From sequence record NZ_CP023526.1: DNA of 64,000 nucleotides. One strand, 5' to 3'. The notes beneath the pieces were generated by a model. The model saw nothing but the letters and a program-made list of their open reading frames with translations. It was not told where the DNA came from and did not search any database. This DNA comes from a plasmid. Positions 29,682 to 41,423 of the stretch are shown here, in pieces. A program made the translations under genes and the position numbers. Each line of letters begins with the position of its first letter. The stretch's first letter is position 1.

Positions 29682-29768
29682 ATGAAAATACTCGCCATCA
29701 TTTTTTTCACCATCACCCTTTTGCTGTTTGCAGCATTGATGCTGGCGTTTGCTCGTCGGGCACGTTAG
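29682..29768 (+). CDS. 28-aa hydrophobic mini-protein (single TM, basic C-terminal tail)
   Basis: MKILAIIFFTITLLLFAALMLAFARRAR. A GGAG RBS lies 8 nt upstream. Confidence 0.4.
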   Translation: MKILAIIFFTITLLLFAALMLAFARRAR

Positions 29769-29810
29769 CAACTGGCAAAGCAATCGAGTAGATAAAAGGA
29801 AGTTGGGAAT

Positions 29811-29891
29811 ATGGAACATCGAATTATGATCATGTATGCGCTGGTGATTGTCCTGGGGATCATCTGGGCGGATGACAGCAGGAAAAAATGA
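29811..29891 (+). CDS. 26-aa hydrophobic mini-protein (single TM)
   Basis: MEHRIMIMYALVIVLGIIWADDSRKK. It lies 42 nt downstream of the first mini-ORF, with AGGAAG upstream. Confidence 0.35.
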   Translation: MEHRIMIMYALVIVLGIIWADDSRKK

Positions 29892-31549
29892 GCGGACGGT
29901 CATAACAGGTGACCCATCCTGTGGTCATCAGGACTGGGGTTGATTCAGCCATTTTTCTGAATCTGGTGGTATATTTTTATCCCTTTACGTCATTAATGAA
30001 CCGTAAGCCTGAAGGTAACGACTTATCATGGCATTCATCCCCGGCCGTCATGCTCAGATTTACACCGTCGGTACTTCGGGGCATGCCGTTCTTTAGCAAT
30101 TGTCGAATTACCGAAGATTGCGGGCGACAGACCCGGCGAAGCAGGTGAGATCCACAGACAGCACCACCGAAACCCTAAGGATATACAATATACTTAGGGT
30201 TTTAATGCAATTATATTGCCCCAGTGCATCACAGGTTAAGTATGGGGAATGTGCTCTGTATAGTGGATACCTGGTATGTCAGACAATATGACGTTCATGC
30301 CAGCGGGAGTAGAATAAGTAGGGTCCATACGACCTTCCCTCGGCCAGCCTGACTGCAACTCGTTGGCACTCTTATCTGGATCCTGTATCTGGCCTTTTGA
30401 TATCCTCTTCTCTCTGACCATCGAAGATTTCCTGAAACGTTCAGACCAGAGTGTGACCCGGCCCTGTGGGGGCTATTTCATTGGTCGCCCTGAAGTCATC
30501 CTCTCCCAACAGGTCAATGTACATACTCTGCCACCAGAATATTATGGCCGCGGGCATACGACCCGTCATGGTATGTCCGAAGCCCCAAAATCATCACGGA
30601 CTTTCCCTCTGGCCGAAGTATTGCATCAAATAAAAGCCATAAGTCCAGACTCATGTCCGTGCACACTAACTTTATTACCCACAGCTGCCCGCTTGCTATA
30701 GTGGTTTATATATCAGCGTACAGTGGTCTTCATGACCTCCATTATGAGAGCGCTGAGGTTTAAGCGGCTATGCCAGAGGTCGCATGAAGATTACCGGTAC
30801 GTGCCGGTTGCTTTGACAAGTTATCTCCAGCGTTCTTTCCATCGTGGCTGGATTTCCATATGAGGCTCTTCTCACACCGGCAAGCGTTGTCATCTTCGCA
30901 TCCTGTCTCAACCCAGGTCTGGAAGCCCATGTCCCCCTAATCTTCTCATTACGTTTGAATTCAAGGGTACCACCTCTCTCGCTATGAGCTGACCGTTACA
31001 CCTAATTATCCTGCCAACAGTCAGCCGGTTGTAACGAGAGTGAATGTAGTGCCGTCCTTGCAACGATACCCGGTTGTGTTTGCCCTTCTGCTTCACACGT
31101 TTCATATAGCGAAATGTACGGTGCTGGCCACGTTTTTAAACCGGGGAATGCTCTACGTTTTCGGGTAAAATTTTACAGAGGTTCCCGGGCCATTGAAGGT
31201 TTGTTCGAAAGGGTCAACGGACTGATTCTTTCAGCTGCTGCCAGTCACCCCTCGTCCATTAGGTAGGCATTTTACTCAGAAAATATATCGATTTTCAGCT
31301 TCAGAATACTTGTTTTATAATGCCAGTGGAGGGGTGCGATTAGCCCTTTGTTACCTTATTGGTGCCTCTTATAATGGGGTGTTAGTCAGCCAGGCCCGAT
31401 TGATTACAGTCCCAGTCGTCCATGATCCGGGGATGAAGTCACCGGGAATGATGGGGCGCAGGTAACCGCTAACAGGGGCCAGGTCAGGTACTATTGCCGG
31501 GACCTGCACCCAAGGTTATCTGGTTAACCCGTAGAGACAGCGAGACAGC

Positions 31550-32180
31550 ATGACCGAATCAAGCGATTATGAACCCGTCCAGATCTTTATTGGCGTTGAC
31601 GTCGATAAAGATACCAATCACGCTGTTGCCATCAATCGTTCAGATAACCGCCTGTTCGATACAGAATTATTCAACGACGAAACCAGACTCAGGTCGCTGA
31701 AATTTGACCTTAAACAACATGATCAGAGACAGCTGGTTGTTGACCAGCCAGCCACCATTGGGGCGCTACCTGTCACCGTTGCCCGCTCGGAATGCGTCCT
31801 TGTCGGATACCTCCCCGGCCTGGCAATGCGCCACATCGCCGACTTACCCGCCGTGAAGCCAGGACAGATGCTCGAGACGCTGCCATCATCGCCGGACTCT
31901 CCATGCTCTGCGACTTCGATGATGATCTCACCGCACAAACAATGCAGTCCAGCCCCCCGTATCCGCAGTCTGTTAACCCAGAGACATCCTGCTCTGGAGC
32001 GCGTTCGCGTTTCTCGACTGGTTCACCCGGCCGTCCATAATCCGCTCCAGCAATATACCTCATCCGAAAAACTCGTTTTACCGGGGAAGAAGAAGCCGGC
32101 AATCCGGCTCTGCAAACTCGAGCCCTGCCTGAGAAAGCACCTTGCTGCAGATATCACCCTGGCACTGATACAGTAAGCCG
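31550..32180 (+). pseudogene. IS110-family transposase gene, frameshifted/truncated
   Basis: The N-terminus 'IFIGVDVDKDTNHAVAI' and the later frame 'DARDAAIIAGL' match the IS110 DEDD transposase N-terminal domain. Reading it through requires frame changes. Confidence 0.6.
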
Positions 32181-32352
32181 TCATCGTTCCCGGTAAGAAT
32201 GCGGCTGTCGTTGTCCTGCCACTTCTTGTACTCCAGCTCATCACCCTACGTAAGCAAAGAAAAGAGGTGGTCCTTAAGGTAGAACTGCGTGTACTGCTGC
32301 TAATCGTCCGCGGAGGTAAACTTATCTCCACCTTTTAGCTGAAGGAGTTACG

Positions 32353-33049
32353 ATGAATCCTTTCCATGGTTGCCATTTCCAGAGTGAAATTTTCCTGTAG
32401 GTCGTCTGCTGGTCCTGTAAAGACGGTTTCAGCCATAGAGAACTGGAAGAGATGCTTGCGGAACGTGGTGTGAGCGTTGACCACACTACGGTTTACCGCC
32501 GGGTTTAGCGTTATGCACCTGAAATGGAAAAACGAATGCGCTGGTACTGGCGTACCCCCTCCGATCTCAGCCTGTGGCATATGGATGAAACGTATGTGAA
32601 AGTGAGCGGCCGGTGGGCTTCTTTACCGGACCATTGATAACCGTGGCCGGATAATTGATTTTTATCTGCCATCCCGCAGAAATACCAAAGCAGCATACCG
32701 GTTTCTGGGAAAAATGATTAACAATGTGAAGCGCCGGCAGTTCCCCCGGTATATCAATACGGACGAGACTTCAACAAATGGTCACACACTCGAACTACTG
32801 AAACGAGAGGGCCAGTACCCGCCTGATGTTAAACACCGGCAGATTATAACTCGGAACAACGTGATTGAATGCAACCACGGTAAGTGGAAACGGATAATCA
32901 GCGTGATGCTGGGGTTTAAATCGATGGAGACCGATTACGCCACGATAAAAGGAATTGAAGTAATGCGTGCGCTGCGGAAAGGCCAGGCCCCAGCATTCTA
33001 TTATAGTGATCCCCCGACCGATCTGCCTGGCAAGCAGCCACGACAATAA
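32353..33049 (+). pseudogene. IS6-family (IS26-like, divergent) transposase gene with multiple frameshifts and stops
   Basis: Conceptual translation 'MNPFHGCHFQSEIF...HRELEEMLAERGVSVDHTTVYR...WHMDETYVKVSGRW...KHRQIITRNNVIECNHGKWKRII...ATIKGIEVMRALRKGQA' parallels IS26 Tnp26, but with at least 4 frame breaks. No IS26 GGCACTGTTGCAAA inverted repeats were seen. Confidence 0.7.
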
Positions 33050-33692
33050 GCGACTATCTCCCAGAAGTCTCTGCATAGCGCATACAATCGGGGTCTCATC
33101 ATACTCTGAGCTCGAGAATTACCGTCTCTCGTTGGTATGCCAGCCCGTTGCTGAACTTTCAGGTTGGCTTATCTCTTCATCATTTCGTTTATAACAGGGC
33201 AGTGTATCGGAACCCGTCTGAGAGTTAATCACAACACTATGGCATATGATGCAACTTAAACGAGCGCCTTCTTCAGTTAATCTGTTTTTCCAGTACGAAA
33301 AGGCCTGGTCAACGATCTCAGAAAATAAGTATAAAAGCCCGATAAAAAAACGAAACTATAAGGGCCAAAACATCAAAAAACCTGGCGATTTCACCCTGAA
33401 ATTCACAATAATAATCATTTAAAAACAATAAGTTAACCGTGAAATCTCTGTGGAGAAAATTCAAATAATAGCGTGATAAGTACGGTTCACCCGGTGCATA
33501 CTTCGCGGGGATACGGGGTTAAAAGCAGACAAAAGGCACGCTATGTCAGGATCGAAATAGAGATGAGAAATGACCCGCCCGGCTGCTGAACATCATTATT
33601 CTTGCAGTACGTCAAAGTTTTTAACGTAGACTTGCCTGTCTTTATGTAGCATTATTGAATAAAACAATGAATTCAACATAAGGGTTAAAATT

Positions 33693-34892
33693 ATGCTTGA
33701 TAAGGCGCATCAGATTTACAAGGTGGCACAGCGCTCGGAGAAGATGCTTCTGGGGTTAACAGAGCAAATCCAGAATCAGAAAGAAGAACTCCAGGAAAAT
33801 ACCTATTTTCAGGTGTATGCCAAAGCAGCCCTTTCCAGACTGCCTAAACTTACCCGGGCTAACGTGGACTATGCCGTCAATGAGATGGAAGAACAGGGTT
33901 ATGTGTTTGATAAACGGCAGGCCGGTACATCAACCAAGTATGCGATGTCTATTCAGAACATTATTGACATCTACCACCATCGGGGAGTGCCAAAATACCG
34001 CGACAGGCATGAGAAAGCTTTCACAATCTTCATCGGTAATCTGAAGGGCGGGGTTTCAAAAACGGTTTCTACTGTTTCACTTGCCCATGCCTTACGTGCC
34101 CACGCCCATCTTTTATACGAAGATTTACGCATCCTTGTCATTGATCTTGATCCCCAGTCTTCTGCGACCATGTTCCTGAACCATACGCACTCTGTGGGCA
34201 CTGTGGAAGCCACTGCCGCGCAGGCTATGTTACAGAATGTTGACCGTGAGACACTGCTGCGTGAATTTATTGTGCCATCTATCATCCCGGGTGTGGATGT
34301 GATACCAGCGTCAATCGATGATGCATTTATTGCCTCAGGATGGGAAAAGCTGTGTCATGAGCATCTACCCGACCAGAATATTTATGCGATTCTGCGACAG
34401 AATATTATCGATAAGGTTGAAAAGGATTACGACTTTATCTTTATAGACAGTGGGCCCCATCTGGATGCGTACTTATCCAATGCCATTGCAGCATCAGATA
34501 TTCTGATTACTCCGATCCCTCCGGCGCAGGTTGACTTTCACTCGACCCTGAAATATCTCACACGGGTTCCTGAACTGATCACAATGATTGAAGAGTCTGG
34601 TTTTGCTACTCGACTGGTAGGCAATATCGGATTTATGTCGAAGCTGTTAAATAAAGCCGATCATAAATTTTGTCATAGCCTGGCAAAGGAAATTTTCGGC
34701 GGTGACATGTTGGATATCGCGCTCCCCCGACTGGATGGTTTTGAAAGGTGCGGTGAGTCTTTCGATACCGTCATTTCAGCCAACCCTTCCACCTACGTAG
34801 GTAGCAGTGAAGCCTTGAAGAATGCCCGTGCCGCCGCAGAAGATTTTGCAAAAGCGGTATTCGATCGCATTGAATTTATCAGAACAAATTGA
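33693..34892 (+). CDS. parA: plasmid partition ATPase ParA (P1/P7 type, type Ia, N-terminal HTH)
   Basis: 399 aa. It is collinear with P1 ParA as I recall it ('HKVAQRANRMLNVLTEQVQLQKDEL...' vs 'YKVAQRSEKMLLGLTEQIQNQKEEL') and has the deviant Walker A 'NLKGGVSKT'. Confidence 0.9.
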   Translation: MLDKAHQIYKVAQRSEKMLLGLTEQIQNQKEELQENTYFQVYAKAALSRLPKLTRANVDYAVNEMEEQGYVFDKRQAGTSTKYAMSIQNIIDIYHHRGVPKYRDRHEKAFTIFIGNLKGGVSKTVSTVSLAHALRAHAHLLYEDLRILVIDLDPQSSATMFLNHTHSVGTVEATAAQAMLQNVDRETLLREFIVPSIIPGVDVIPASIDDAFIASGWEKLCHEHLPDQNIYAILRQNIIDKVEKDYDFIFIDSGPHLDAYLSNAIAASDILITPIPPAQVDFHSTLKYLTRVPELITMIEESGFATRLVGNIGFMSKLLNKADHKFCHSLAKEIFGGDMLDIALPRLDGFERCGESFDTVISANPSTYVGSSEALKNARAAAEDFAKAVFDRIEFIRTN

Positions 34893-34901
34893 GATTAAGA
34901 G

Positions 34902-35873
34902 ATGAACATAAAACGAAAAACTATCGGTAGAACTTTCACCCAGTCTCCGTTGAGCGAGTCTGCAGCAGGAGAGGATTTTAACCAGACGTTTATTCTCAAT
35001 TCAGGCAGATCCGTTGTTTTCACACTGCAGGTGATCAAAGCCGAGAATGTTGCGACAGAGACCTTCGTTGTGCCCGAAAATAATGGACGCGATCAGTCAG
35101 CACTCACCAAAGCGTCTCTCAAAGATATCACCAGGACACTGAAGCTTCAGCAATTCTTTCCCACTATTGGACGCAAGGTCGGTGATAAGATTGAAATTCT
35201 GGACGGTTCGCGCCGACGTGCTGCCGCGATTATCTGTAAAACAGGGCTGAACGTACTGGTAACGGACGCTGATATTTCAACGGAGGATGCCCGAAAACTT
35301 GCCTCTGACATTCAGACCGCGAAAGAGCATAACCTCAGGGAGGTGGGGTTGAGACTGGCAAGTCTGAAGAACAGTGGTATGTCTCAGAAAGAGATTGCTG
35401 AGAGTCAGGGTTTATCCCAGGCAAAAGTCACACGTGCATTGCAGGCCGCAATGGTACCTTCCGAAATTTTAGCTATTTTCCCTGTACAGTCTGAATTGAC
35501 CTACCCGGACTATAAACAGTTGCTGAGTTTAAGTGAATTTCTGGTGGAAAAAAACCTGACGGTCGATGACTTCCTGACAGAACTTGATCTTCAGATTAAC
35601 GCCGTGCATGCAAAAGAGAGTCACTCGTCTGAAGAAATCAAAAATGCATTGCTGGGCGTCATGAAAAAAGCGCTCACAAAACTCGCCTCACCGGCTGGAA
35701 AAGAAAAAGTGGTGACCACCCCACTGTGGATCTTTGCTGACAAAGATCGCTATGCCCGCAAAAAAACCAAAGGAAGGCAGCTTTCCTATGAGTTTAACCG
35801 CCTTCCCAGAGATATTCAGGATGAGCTTGATACTGCCATCAATAACATTCTGAACCGTCTGCTTGCCGACTGA
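34902..35873 (+). CDS. parB: partition protein ParB (P1 type)
   Basis: 323 aa. 'KIEILDGSRRRA', 'GMSQKEIA...GLSQAKVTRALQAA' and 'FPVQSELT' match P1 ParB. Confidence 0.85.
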   Translation: MNIKRKTIGRTFTQSPLSESAAGEDFNQTFILNSGRSVVFTLQVIKAENVATETFVVPENNGRDQSALTKASLKDITRTLKLQQFFPTIGRKVGDKIEILDGSRRRAAAIICKTGLNVLVTDADISTEDARKLASDIQTAKEHNLREVGLRLASLKNSGMSQKEIAESQGLSQAKVTRALQAAMVPSEILAIFPVQSELTYPDYKQLLSLSEFLVEKNLTVDDFLTELDLQINAVHAKESHSSEEIKNALLGVMKKALTKLASPAGKEKVVTTPLWIFADKDRYARKKTKGRQLSYEFNRLPRDIQDELDTAINNILNRLLAD

Positions 35874-35879
35874 TTCTTT

Positions 35880-36030
35880 CCAGCCTCTGGCGATTTCAGC
35901 CTGAAATCGCCTCTAATTTTCTTGTATTCCGGCACATACCGCTCAAAAATTCTCCAAGTCATTTTCATTGATAACTATATGATTAGTATAGAAATTCAAG
36001 ATTAATTTCAGCCTGAAATCGCCAAGATGC
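35880..36030. promoter_or_regulatory. parS: parS-like centromere: heptamer box A (ATTTCAG/ATTTCAC-like) and hexamer box B (TCGCCA) repeats flanking an AT-rich (IHF-like) spacer
   Basis: 'ATTTCAGCCTGAAATCGCC' occurs twice (35893.. and 36004..), about 110 bp apart. Similar boxes lie upstream of parA ('TGGCGATTTCACCCTGAAATTCAC' at ~33385), consistent with ParA autoregulation. Confidence 0.6.
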
Positions 36031-37489
36031 ACATACGCTATTATCTCATTTTGATGCTGGCGAAAGTGGTCATGACAGATAAGTGGATTCTCAGCAAATG
36101 GGGCAATACTGTAAGCATAAAAATGCCGGTATATCTTCTCAAACATCAAACATTGATACCCTGATATGCAAATCACCGCACATACCCGTTCAAACAATAA
36201 TTGTTAATACATCAATATCCTGACCGGTATCACTGAGTAAGCACAGCACCATAAACTGTCTGGAAAGGAGAGATGTTACATCCGGAAACGGCAGGTGAAC
36301 GCTCTTCGGGATATGTTCTTACCGGAACGGGATCCTGTGAAAATGATGATTCAAAGAGAAACAGGAATCAAAGCGCTCCGCATTGGTATGCGACGTTTGT
36401 CTGAGTATTTTCCTGTCGGGCTTCACCACACGTACGCAGGAATTAATAAACTGATTGTGCTACCGACAATCAGCTGCGCTGACAGGACAATTGGTCGGGA
36501 ATATCACCATATAAGCAGCAGGTCCCTCGGATATAAATCAGCGCCTATAACTCTGAAAATGCTAAAAATCACTATTAAGACAGGTATTCACAAAACATGT
36601 GCCAGGACGCGGTCGGCTTATGCACCATACCTACCAGTATCGGGATACATGCACAATTGCTGCTATTAAATACCCAGCCAGGGATATTCAGAATGGCAAA
36701 AAAGTTATCCCAGGGATCATGAGATTTGTGTGTTGATCATCATTTGTCAGCACGGGCAGGCATGATATTTACTGTTGAACCGCCTATGACGGATGTGCGA
36801 TGAGAGTCTATGTTGTGGTACCCGAAGTGAAAAAAGTCTCAGGGATTCAATTCCAGCTGAGTTTGCTTTTTACGACTGATATCTCAGATCAGTATGAATA
36901 ACTCTGAACATGTCGCGATATTATCACCGAACTATATGCGTCTATTTCTTGGTGCGGTTCAGAACGGAGGGGAGGGGGAATAAAAAAAGTGTCGCTTTAA
37001 CGTGGGAAGAAGATCTGAAACGCGTCATTCAGCGATGGGGCCTACATCTCTGATTTCAGGTTGTTTGCCATAATATATTACGGATTTTTAATCAGCACGT
37101 GTACCTGCATATACATAAACTACATTTCAAAAAATCGAAACATTAGTTTCCATATCCCTGTGAAGAAATATTGTACCTTTGTGCTGTCGAGCTCATTTGC
37201 GAAGTTTGAGAGGAAAAGCGTCATTGCCCAGAAACAAAATTTTCTTCCTGCAGGGATGTATTCCTTCGGTTTACGCGATATGCGCTGGATAAAATTACCA
37301 GAAAATATCGCTCAGTTTTCTTCTTATATTCTAAGTTCCCAGAACGTACTGACCCACTACTGTGAAGAGTAAAGCGTTATCAGAAGAAGAGGGGACTGAA
37401 CATTAATACTGCATATGTATCTTTTTTTGTATGAAATTTGTCTTAATGGACATTATTTCTACTATCTGGGTTAAAAAACAACCTTCCGA

Positions 37490-38580
37490 TGATGATTTTA
37501 TATTCTCTTTCCAGTGGTTACTACTTTGTGCAATGATTTACTCTTTATAGTGGTTGTTCTCTGTAGCGGTTTTACTCTTCATAGTGGTTACTCTCTGTCG
37601 TGGTTTTACTCTTCATAGTGGTTACTCTCTGTCGTGATTTTACTCCTTACAGTGGTTATTCATTATGATGCCTGATCGGTTTAAAACCCGTTACACATAG
37701 TCTGAGATTTCTAGCAGACGGGTCATACTTCATCATGGTTATGTGTTGTCTGGTAGCTGTGTACCAGAGCGATTTTCTTGTCCGGGGGTATTAGCAGTTT
37801 AATAACAGGTTAATTTGCTGATTATACGGAAAGTTAAGACAGGAATGATGTGGGCCTGTTTACCGGAGATAGTGAGGTTCTGGTCAGCTGGGTCAGGGAA
37901 TAACATTGCATTTCGTAACCTGTGAGTTCCTTAACATTTACGATATTTACCTGGATGGAGAGATGGCCTATCTCATTAATACCTGCTGTGCTCTCGCTTT
38001 ACTTCGTTTGCGCTGATTACAACACCATCATGATAAACAGCATGGCGCTTGTTATGTATTGACTTATCCACTTATCCACCGGATAGATCCAATAATTAGA
38101 TCATAATATGATCCTCAAAAGATCAAAACAGATCACCGGATCGTCTGAGGGCTGTTGTACCAAGGGCTGAAGCGCTATTGCTATCCACTATAATGAGTAA
38201 AGTATCCACTGTAGACAGTAAGGTAACCACTATAGTGAGTAATTTAACCACTGTAAGGAGTACTCATCAACCACTGTAGTCAGTAAACTGTCTCTCTGGC
38301 TGTGAATATCATGAAGTGATCCCTTCCAGGCAAATGCTATGTTTTATTCCTCATTTATCCACAGGCTAGATCCAATAGTAAGATCCCAATGTTCATAAAA
38401 GGTCAAAAGAGATCACCGGATCCTGCAAAGCCAGAGCTGATAAGGCGTAGCAACGGATCCATATCCACTGTAAAGAGTAAACTAACCACTGTGAGGAGTA
38501 AATTGACTACTGCAGAGAGTAGAATAACCGCTATAGTGAGTGTTAGTATCCACTGTGTTGAGTATTCAGCATGCGTATGC
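37490..38580. promoter_or_regulatory. oriV: replication origin region: iterons (core AACCACTGT(A/G)(A/G)GGAGTA) in both orientations plus two duplicated modules, each with DnaA boxes (TTATCCAC) and GATC sites
   Basis: Inverted iterons lie at 37500-37670. 'cTTATCCACTTATCCACC' (38070..) and 'TTATCCACAGG' (38352..) are each followed by 'agatcaccggatc' and then 3-5 direct iterons. Several GATC (Dam) sites cluster here. Confidence 0.7.
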
Positions 38581-38603
38581 CAAACAGAATCGGGATAATG
38601 TAA

Positions 38604-39616
38604 TGGCTAATGAATCGGAAAATATCAAAGAGATAGCAACTGCTTTTGCTGAGGTGAAAAAGGGCACCGGCGAAGTTGTTAATCTGGTTCCTAACAGCAA
38701 TAATACGGTTCAGCCAGTCGCATTGATGCGACTGGGCCTGTTTGTGCCCACGCTGAAATCCACAGCCCGTGGCAGGAAGGGCCAGATGGCCACAATGGAT
38801 GCGACAGCCGAGTTAAAGCAACTGAGCCTGGTAACGTCTGAAGGTTTTGAAAATATCCAGATCACCGGTGCCCGGCTTGATATGGATAACGATTTCAAAA
38901 CGTGGGTTGGGATCATCCATGCCTTCGCAAAATTCAAAGTGATCGGGGATAAAGTCACCCTGCCATTTGTGGAGTTCACGAAACTTTGCGGCATTCCTTC
39001 CAGCCGTTCTTCTGCGGCGTTGCGCAAACGTATTGACGCGTCACTGCAGCGCATAGCAACGAATACGCTCTCTTTTACCAGCAACGATAAGGCGTATCAC
39101 ACCCACCTGGTTCAATCGGCTTATTTCGACATGAAGAAAGATATTGTGATCCTTCAGGCCGATCCTAAACTGTTTGAGTTATACCAGTTTGATCGTAAAG
39201 TTCTGCTCCAGCTTCGCGCCATCAATGAATTAGCCCGTAAAGAGAGCGCACAGGCGCTTTACACATACATTGAGAGTCTCCCCCAGGATATCAAGCCCAT
39301 CTCAATGTCGAGGCTTAGAGCCCGCTTAAATTTGACTTCTCGAACCATTACTCAGAATGCAACTGTTCGTAAAGCAATGCAGCAGCTAAAAGACATCGGT
39401 TATCTCGATTTTACCGAGTACCAGCGGGGCAGGGCGGTATACTTTCATATCCACTATAGAAGGCCTAAGCTCCGCCCGGCACATTTGCCTTCAGGCCTCC
39501 CGGAAGCGCCTGACGTCGATCCAGCTCTTGATGAGTTCGACGCAGACCAGATTCTGGCAACGCTCACCAAAGAGGAGCTTGAATTGCTCGAGAGTCTGAG
39601 GGGCAGCAAGAAGTAA
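38604..39616 (+). CDS. repA: replication initiator RepA (Rep_3 family, RepFIB/P1 RepA-like)
   Basis: '[23 protein letters not shown]...[22 protein letters not shown]...[15 protein letters not shown]...[19 protein letters not shown]...[14 protein letters not shown]...[12 protein letters not shown]' is collinear with F-plasmid RepFIB RepA and P1 RepA. The ORF-track start at 38540 is probably spurious. Confidence 0.85.
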
Positions 39617-40570
39617 CCACTGTAGTGAGTGCCAACCACTGTAACGTGTAGCTCCCTCTACTATCCAGCCTTCGGCTGGGCTGGGCGCACAGTGCGGTTG
39701 GCTGCGTCCTAACCGCGTGTAACCCGCATCGCTTCTGATATTCCCCGTTTATACATCGTCGAGCAGGCGGTCTGAATCGTGCTTTCAAAGGCCAAGCCGT
39801 ATTTTTCCCTCAGCTGTGATTAAACCTGTCTTTACGATAGTTACGGATCTACAGTGGGTCTTACTCCTTACAGTGGTTGGCATTTAATAGAGGTGTTTCT
39901 CACTCCAGTGGTTGTTGCCTTGCTGTGGACGTGACTCCCTGAAGTGCCCGGCGGACAGGAGAGGGGGCTGCTCACTGCAGTGGTTGTTGCCTTGCTGCGG
40001 ACGTGACTCCCTGAAGTGTCCGGCGGACAGGGAGGGGGCTGCTCACTGCAGTGGTTGTTACCTTGTTGCGGACGTGACTCCCTGAAGTGTCCGGCGGACA
40101 GGAGAGGGGGCTGCTCACTGCAGTGGTTGTTGCCTTGCTGCGGACGTGACTCCCTGAAGTGCCCGGCAGACAGGAGAGGGGGCTGCTCACTCCAGTGGTT
40201 GTTGCCTTGCTGCGGACGTGACTCCCTGAAGTGTCCGGCGGACAGGAGAGGGGGCTGCTCACTGCAGTGGTTGTTGCCTTGTTGCGGACGTGACTCCCTG
40301 AAGTATCCGGCGGACAGGAGAGGAGGTTACTCACTCCAGTGGTTGTTTCCCTGACGTGGGCGTACGTACGGTTGCCAGGACAGAGTGCTGCTCACTACAG
40401 TGGTTGTTGTCTTCCCACGAGAGTTATTCCTTACGGTGGCTGGCAGACCGCGGGAGAGGCGTATAGCTCTCTATAGTGGTTGTTTTCCTGTATCGGGTGC
40501 TACGTCTGACAGTGGTTGGCTGACCGAAAAAGGGAGATCGTGCTCTTTACAGTGGTTGTTACAACAAAGG
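39617..40570. repeat. downstream iteron/incompatibility array: about 6.5 tandem copies of a 60-61-bp unit (39905-40330), each containing one inverted iteron, plus degenerate single iterons to ~40570
   Basis: Unit: 'ctgctcactgcagtggttgttgccttgctgcggacgtgactccctgaagtgtccggcggacaggagaggggg'. Its reverse complement contains AACCACTGCAGTGAGCAG, which matches the upstream iteron core. Confidence 0.8.
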
Positions 40571-41423
40571 GGTAAGGACTTTTACCCCGACAAGAATAAG
40601 ACATTTGCTGGGGCCGATGTTATCCACAGAATCGGTGGATAACTTTGTGTATTCCGGTGTAGATCTTTTTTTGCGAGATGATCTTTTAAAATCACCGATG
40701 GTAAAATTTAACTGATTGTATTTTATTGAATTTTTAACATTATTAAAAGCTGACATTCACAGGTTTTATCTCATGGGGACGACGGGCAGGGCTGATCCGG
40801 TTAAGGGTTGGATCGCTGCAAAGAACCGTCCTGGCTGCCCGTCATGTTCATCTCTGTCTGCAATAAGCGTCTGAAACCGCGAGTCCCAGTTTGTTGTTGT
40901 CTTTATGGAGGCTGCGACGGTGAGAGCAGGGTTCAACCCATGATAGAAAAGTCCTGGTTTATCTTCGACGTATCCGAAGAGCATCCTATTTGCCTGATGT
41001 ATCACCGATCGCGTAAATGCAACTGACTATCTGGATCCTGTATGTGACAGATTTTCTGGGGCCCATCCCTGACAGGCTTGATGGTTTGCACTACTGCGTC
41101 ATGCAAATTCGGAACGGATAAGCATGTGACGGTTTTCCACAGATGACGATGGTTTATTTACGATGGCACTCACAAAGCGGACGCGGCAGACAAGAAAAGT
41201 CCTGGTTTTTAGAGCTAACTGTAGAGTGAAATATCATCCCGTTATATTTTCTGCACCGAACTGCAACTGAAGTATATCGAATATTAGTCAGTTGAGATCA
41301 GGCAACGATCAACAGGAAGATCGCGGCGGGGAGGAGCGTGAGAACTTCATGTGCAGTAGCTTACGCCGGGGGTTTTAAATCAATGGGGTCTGAGAAAGTG
41401 ATTCCATCAGATATATAGTCAAT

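Noticed and set aside
36295-36669. 124-aa ORF between parS and the origin
   Set aside because: It has no RBS and erratic amino-acid composition. The region is expected to be non-coding spacer between the partition and replication modules.
39905-40330. Possible CRISPR array (regular ~60-bp periodicity)
   Set aside because: The units are contiguous tandem repeats with no unique spacers, and each contains a plasmid iteron. There are no cas genes. The position immediately 3' of a Rep_3 repA identifies them as copy-control iterons.
39972-40354. ORFs of 112-120 aa on both strands with internally repeated peptide blocks
   Set aside because: They lie entirely within the 60-bp tandem iteron array downstream of repA. 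The repetitive 'protein' is an artefact of translating a tandem DNA repeat whose unit length is a multiple of 3.
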